DNA of 64,000 nucleotides, taken from assembly GCA_016861265.1 (NCBI GenBank), contig BOLA01000001.1:75569-139568 (forward strand), read 5' to 3'. The stretch is from Patescibacteria group bacterium (GTDB taxonomy: Bacteria; Patescibacteriota; Dojkabacteria; J137). Positions 61,747 through 64,000 of this stretch are shown here, in pieces. Position numbers and translations under genes: made by a program. Position 1 is the stretch's first letter, and every line of letters begins with the position of its first letter. The notes under the pieces are model-generated. The model ran no database searches. It saw only the letters and a list, made by a program, of their open reading frames with translations, and had not been told where the DNA came from.

Positions 61747-61805
61747 GCATTCCTATTAACCATGCTAACATTTTGAATCTGTTATATTAATCGAAAGGTA
61801 ATACT

Positions 61806-62054
61806 ATGCAGATTAATTTAGTTGTAGATGAGTCGGACCATCTACAAGCATATCCCATTGACGACGAAAGTAATCAAATTGCAGATGCAATTGAGCTACC
61901 TCCTGGAATTTACCGAGGAACTGAAATAAGTCTTGGTGAATTTAATGAAGGTTTAAAATCTGGAATAGCAGTTAGTCATATAATTGAATATAACGGACAA
62001 AGACTTGCTGTTCAGATCGCCGCCTTTGAAGATGATGATATGCTTTTTGGCTAA
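61806..62054 (+). CDS. Array microprotein 7 (82 aa, acidic)
   Basis: Extended -10 TGnTATATT at 61780-61788, SD GAAAGGT; LQAYPID...IELPPG. Confidence 0.75.
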   Translation: MQINLVVDESDHLQAYPIDDESNQIADAIELPPGIYRGTEISLGEFNEGLKSGIAVSHIIEYNGQRLAVQIAAFEDDDMLFG

Positions 62055-62058
62055 AGAA

Positions 62059-62084
62059 AAGGCGAGCCGCATGCGGCTCGCCTT
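62059..62084. terminator. Hairpin terminator between cassette 7 and convergent pyk
   Basis: AAGGCGAGCCG-CATG-CGGCTCGCCTT. Confidence 0.85.
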
Positions 62085-62106
62085 AAGTTATTTCATCAAT
62101 AAAGTA

Positions 62107-63525
62107 TTACTTTAATACATCAGATACCCTTACAACCTCGAATATATTTGGAATGTATCCAGCCTGTTCAGATGGACTCTTACCAATCACTAATACTTTA
62201 GTACTTTCCTTTACAACTCCTAATTCTAAGGCCTCACTTACAATTTCCTTAATTGCCGCATCTCTATCTGCTGCAATGTTTTTATACACAAATGCTCTAT
62301 TCACTCCTTTACTCAAAGCCAACTGTCTTTGAAAGGAATCGCTGCTAACAAATGCATAAATAGGTTGTTTTATTCTATGTCTTCCTAACAATCTTGCAGT
62401 TGTACCACTTCTCGATGCCACCAATACAACTTCAACTTCATAGTTTTCAATCATGTTAATTGCCATCTCAGCAGCTGCCTTTGTAAGGGCGTCTGTTACC
62501 ACTGCAGATTTAGCTCTAGTTTTCATTACGCGTGGCTCCACGTATTTTTCAATTTCTAATGCTATCTTAGATAATTCTTTTACTGCTTCTACTGGGTATT
62601 TTCCTGCAGAACTTTCTCCCGATAACATTACTGAGTCTGTACCCATTAATACGGCCATGGCTACATCATTTACTTCTGCTCTTGTTGGTCTTGGGTTATT
62701 AATCATAGACTCCAACATTTGTGTTGCTGTGATTACAGGTTTTCCTAATGCATTACATTTTTCTATTAAAAGTTTTTCTACCATCGGTACTTTTTCTAAT
62801 CCTAATTCAACTCCTAAACCACCTCTTGCAATCATTACTCCATCAACAACTTCAAGGATTTCGTCAATGTTTTCTACTCCCATTCCGTCCTCAATTTTTG
62901 CAATCAGCCTCATGGAAGAGCCTTCAAGATATTTCTTTATTTCCTTTGCAGATTCAGCATTTTGTACAAAAGATGCAGAAACAAAGTCCCAACCTAATTT
63001 TATGGAATGATTTAAGTTAATAATATCCTTCTCTGTTAGAGCACTGGTTGCAAAATCTGCACCCGGTAGATTTAATGCTTTACCTGGTTTTAGGTATTCT
63101 CCAAAGACTACTTCACAATGCATTTTGTCTTCAACAATTTCTTTTATTACTAATTCAGTATCTCCATCTCCAATTACTACTCTTTGTCCGGGTTTTAGAA
63201 CTTTATATAGGTCCTTATAGTTTCCTGGATAAATTTCTGTATCAGGTCCGTTACCTATAATAATCTGGTCACCAGGTTTAATGCTTTTGGTCTCTGCAAA
63301 TTTATTCATTCTAACCTCAGGACCTTTTACATCCATCATTAATGCCACTCCGCTCGAAACATCTCTTACCAATTTTGTAACCTTGTCTAATTCAGCTTCA
63401 TCAGCAAAAGCCCCGTTTACTCTAGCTACATTCATTCCAGCTTCTATCATTGATTTCATAACCTCAGGATCCCAGCTAGATGGTCCTATTGTACAAACAA
63501 TCTTAGTCTTTTTAGAAAAGTCCAT
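62107..63525 (-). CDS. pyk: Pyruvate kinase
   Basis: KTKIVCTIGP, GMNVAR.N, D.KGPE.R, IAKIE, GVMIARG.LG.E, ITATQMLESM..NPRPTRAEV.DV, MLSGES..GKYP. Confidence 0.96.
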   Translation of the reverse strand: MDFSKKTKIVCTIGPSSWDPEVMKSMIEAGMNVARVNGAFADEAELDKVTKLVRDVSSGVALMMDVKGPEVRMNKFAETKSIKPGDQIIIGNGPDTEIYPGNYKDLYKVLKPGQRVVIGDGDTELVIKEIVEDKMHCEVVFGEYLKPGKALNLPGADFATSALTEKDIINLNHSIKLGWDFVSASFVQNAESAKEIKKYLEGSSMRLIAKIEDGMGVENIDEILEVVDGVMIARGGLGVELGLEKVPMVEKLLIEKCNALGKPVITATQMLESMINNPRPTRAEVNDVAMAVLMGTDSVMLSGESSAGKYPVEAVKELSKIALEIEKYVEPRVMKTRAKSAVVTDALTKAAAEMAINMIENYEVEVVLVASRSGTTARLLGRHRIKQPIYAFVSSDSFQRQLALSKGVNRAFVYKNIAADRDAAIKEIVSEALELGVVKESTKVLVIGKSPSEQAGYIPNIFEVVRVSDVLK

Positions 63526-63557
63526 GTGTCTTTGTTAATATTTATTATCAACACGAA

Positions 63558-63580
63558 TTTTATATCATTTTGATATAAAA
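63558..63580. promoter_or_regulatory. Perfect inverted repeat in the pyk/eno divergent promoter region
   Basis: TTTTATATCA-TTT-TGATATAAAA; each arm reads TGnTATAAA on its own strand. Confidence 0.55.
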
Positions 63581-63771
63581 GCCAACCGGTAATAGCTGTT
63601 TGCAAATTTTGGGAGTTAATAATATTATTTGTTGTTCATTTAAAAGCTTTGCTAATTACTCGCTTTCACAGTGCCTTAACCGACTTTCAAAATTAACTAT
63701 TACTAATAATAAAATAGTTACCAAATTTTGGGTGAAGACCCCTAATCACCAAAGCTTGATTTATATTTTAA

Positions 63772-64000
<229 letters not shown>

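Noticed and set aside
61503-61763. ORF-track 86-aa minus-strand ORF, and also 61180-61464, 60418-60642, 60817-61005 and 59447-59716
   Set aside because: Shadows of the plus-strand cassettes. They cross promoters and hairpins and lack their own expression signals.
59600-62090. Integron cassette array
   Set aside because: No intI gene. Inter-ORF hairpins are unrelated to each other and lack consistent RYYYAAC/GTTRRRY ends (only isolated GCTTAAC matches), and every ORF has its own promoter. IntegronFinder would settle it.

Overview
AT-rich bacterial chromosome segment. Giant surface proteins, housekeeping genes mostly without Shine-Dalgarno (SD) motifs and tRNAs without encoded CCA suggest a CPR/Patescibacteria-like genome (inference). 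Housekeeping genes (ogg-type glycosylase, tRNA-Gln, obgE; tRNA-Glu, ylxR, nusA, GT4 transferase, pyk, start of eno) flank a ~53 kb accessory block. That block holds two giant modular surface proteins (4672 aa with an N-terminal receiver domain; ~6400 aa heading a four-gene cluster), Ku/LigD, an Ada-like methyltransferase, a class F sortase, a Crp-family regulator and small stress genes. Best candidate for an undescribed system: 59.6-62.1 kb, an array of seven monocistronic cassettes (promoter, SD, 69-98 codon ORF, GC-rich hairpin) encoding highly divergent SH3-like microproteins. Four end in ssrA-like Ala tails and one, missed by the ORF track, has an in-frame TGA. Also notable: Ku and LigD share one reading frame separated by a single TAA; a structured mini-transcript with a 14-nt complement of the 16S rRNA 3' end next to its stop codon; nested domain insertions in the giant proteins; a triplicated 101-bp unit plus leader terminator upstream of nusA. 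All calls are by eye, with no database searches or folding runs.
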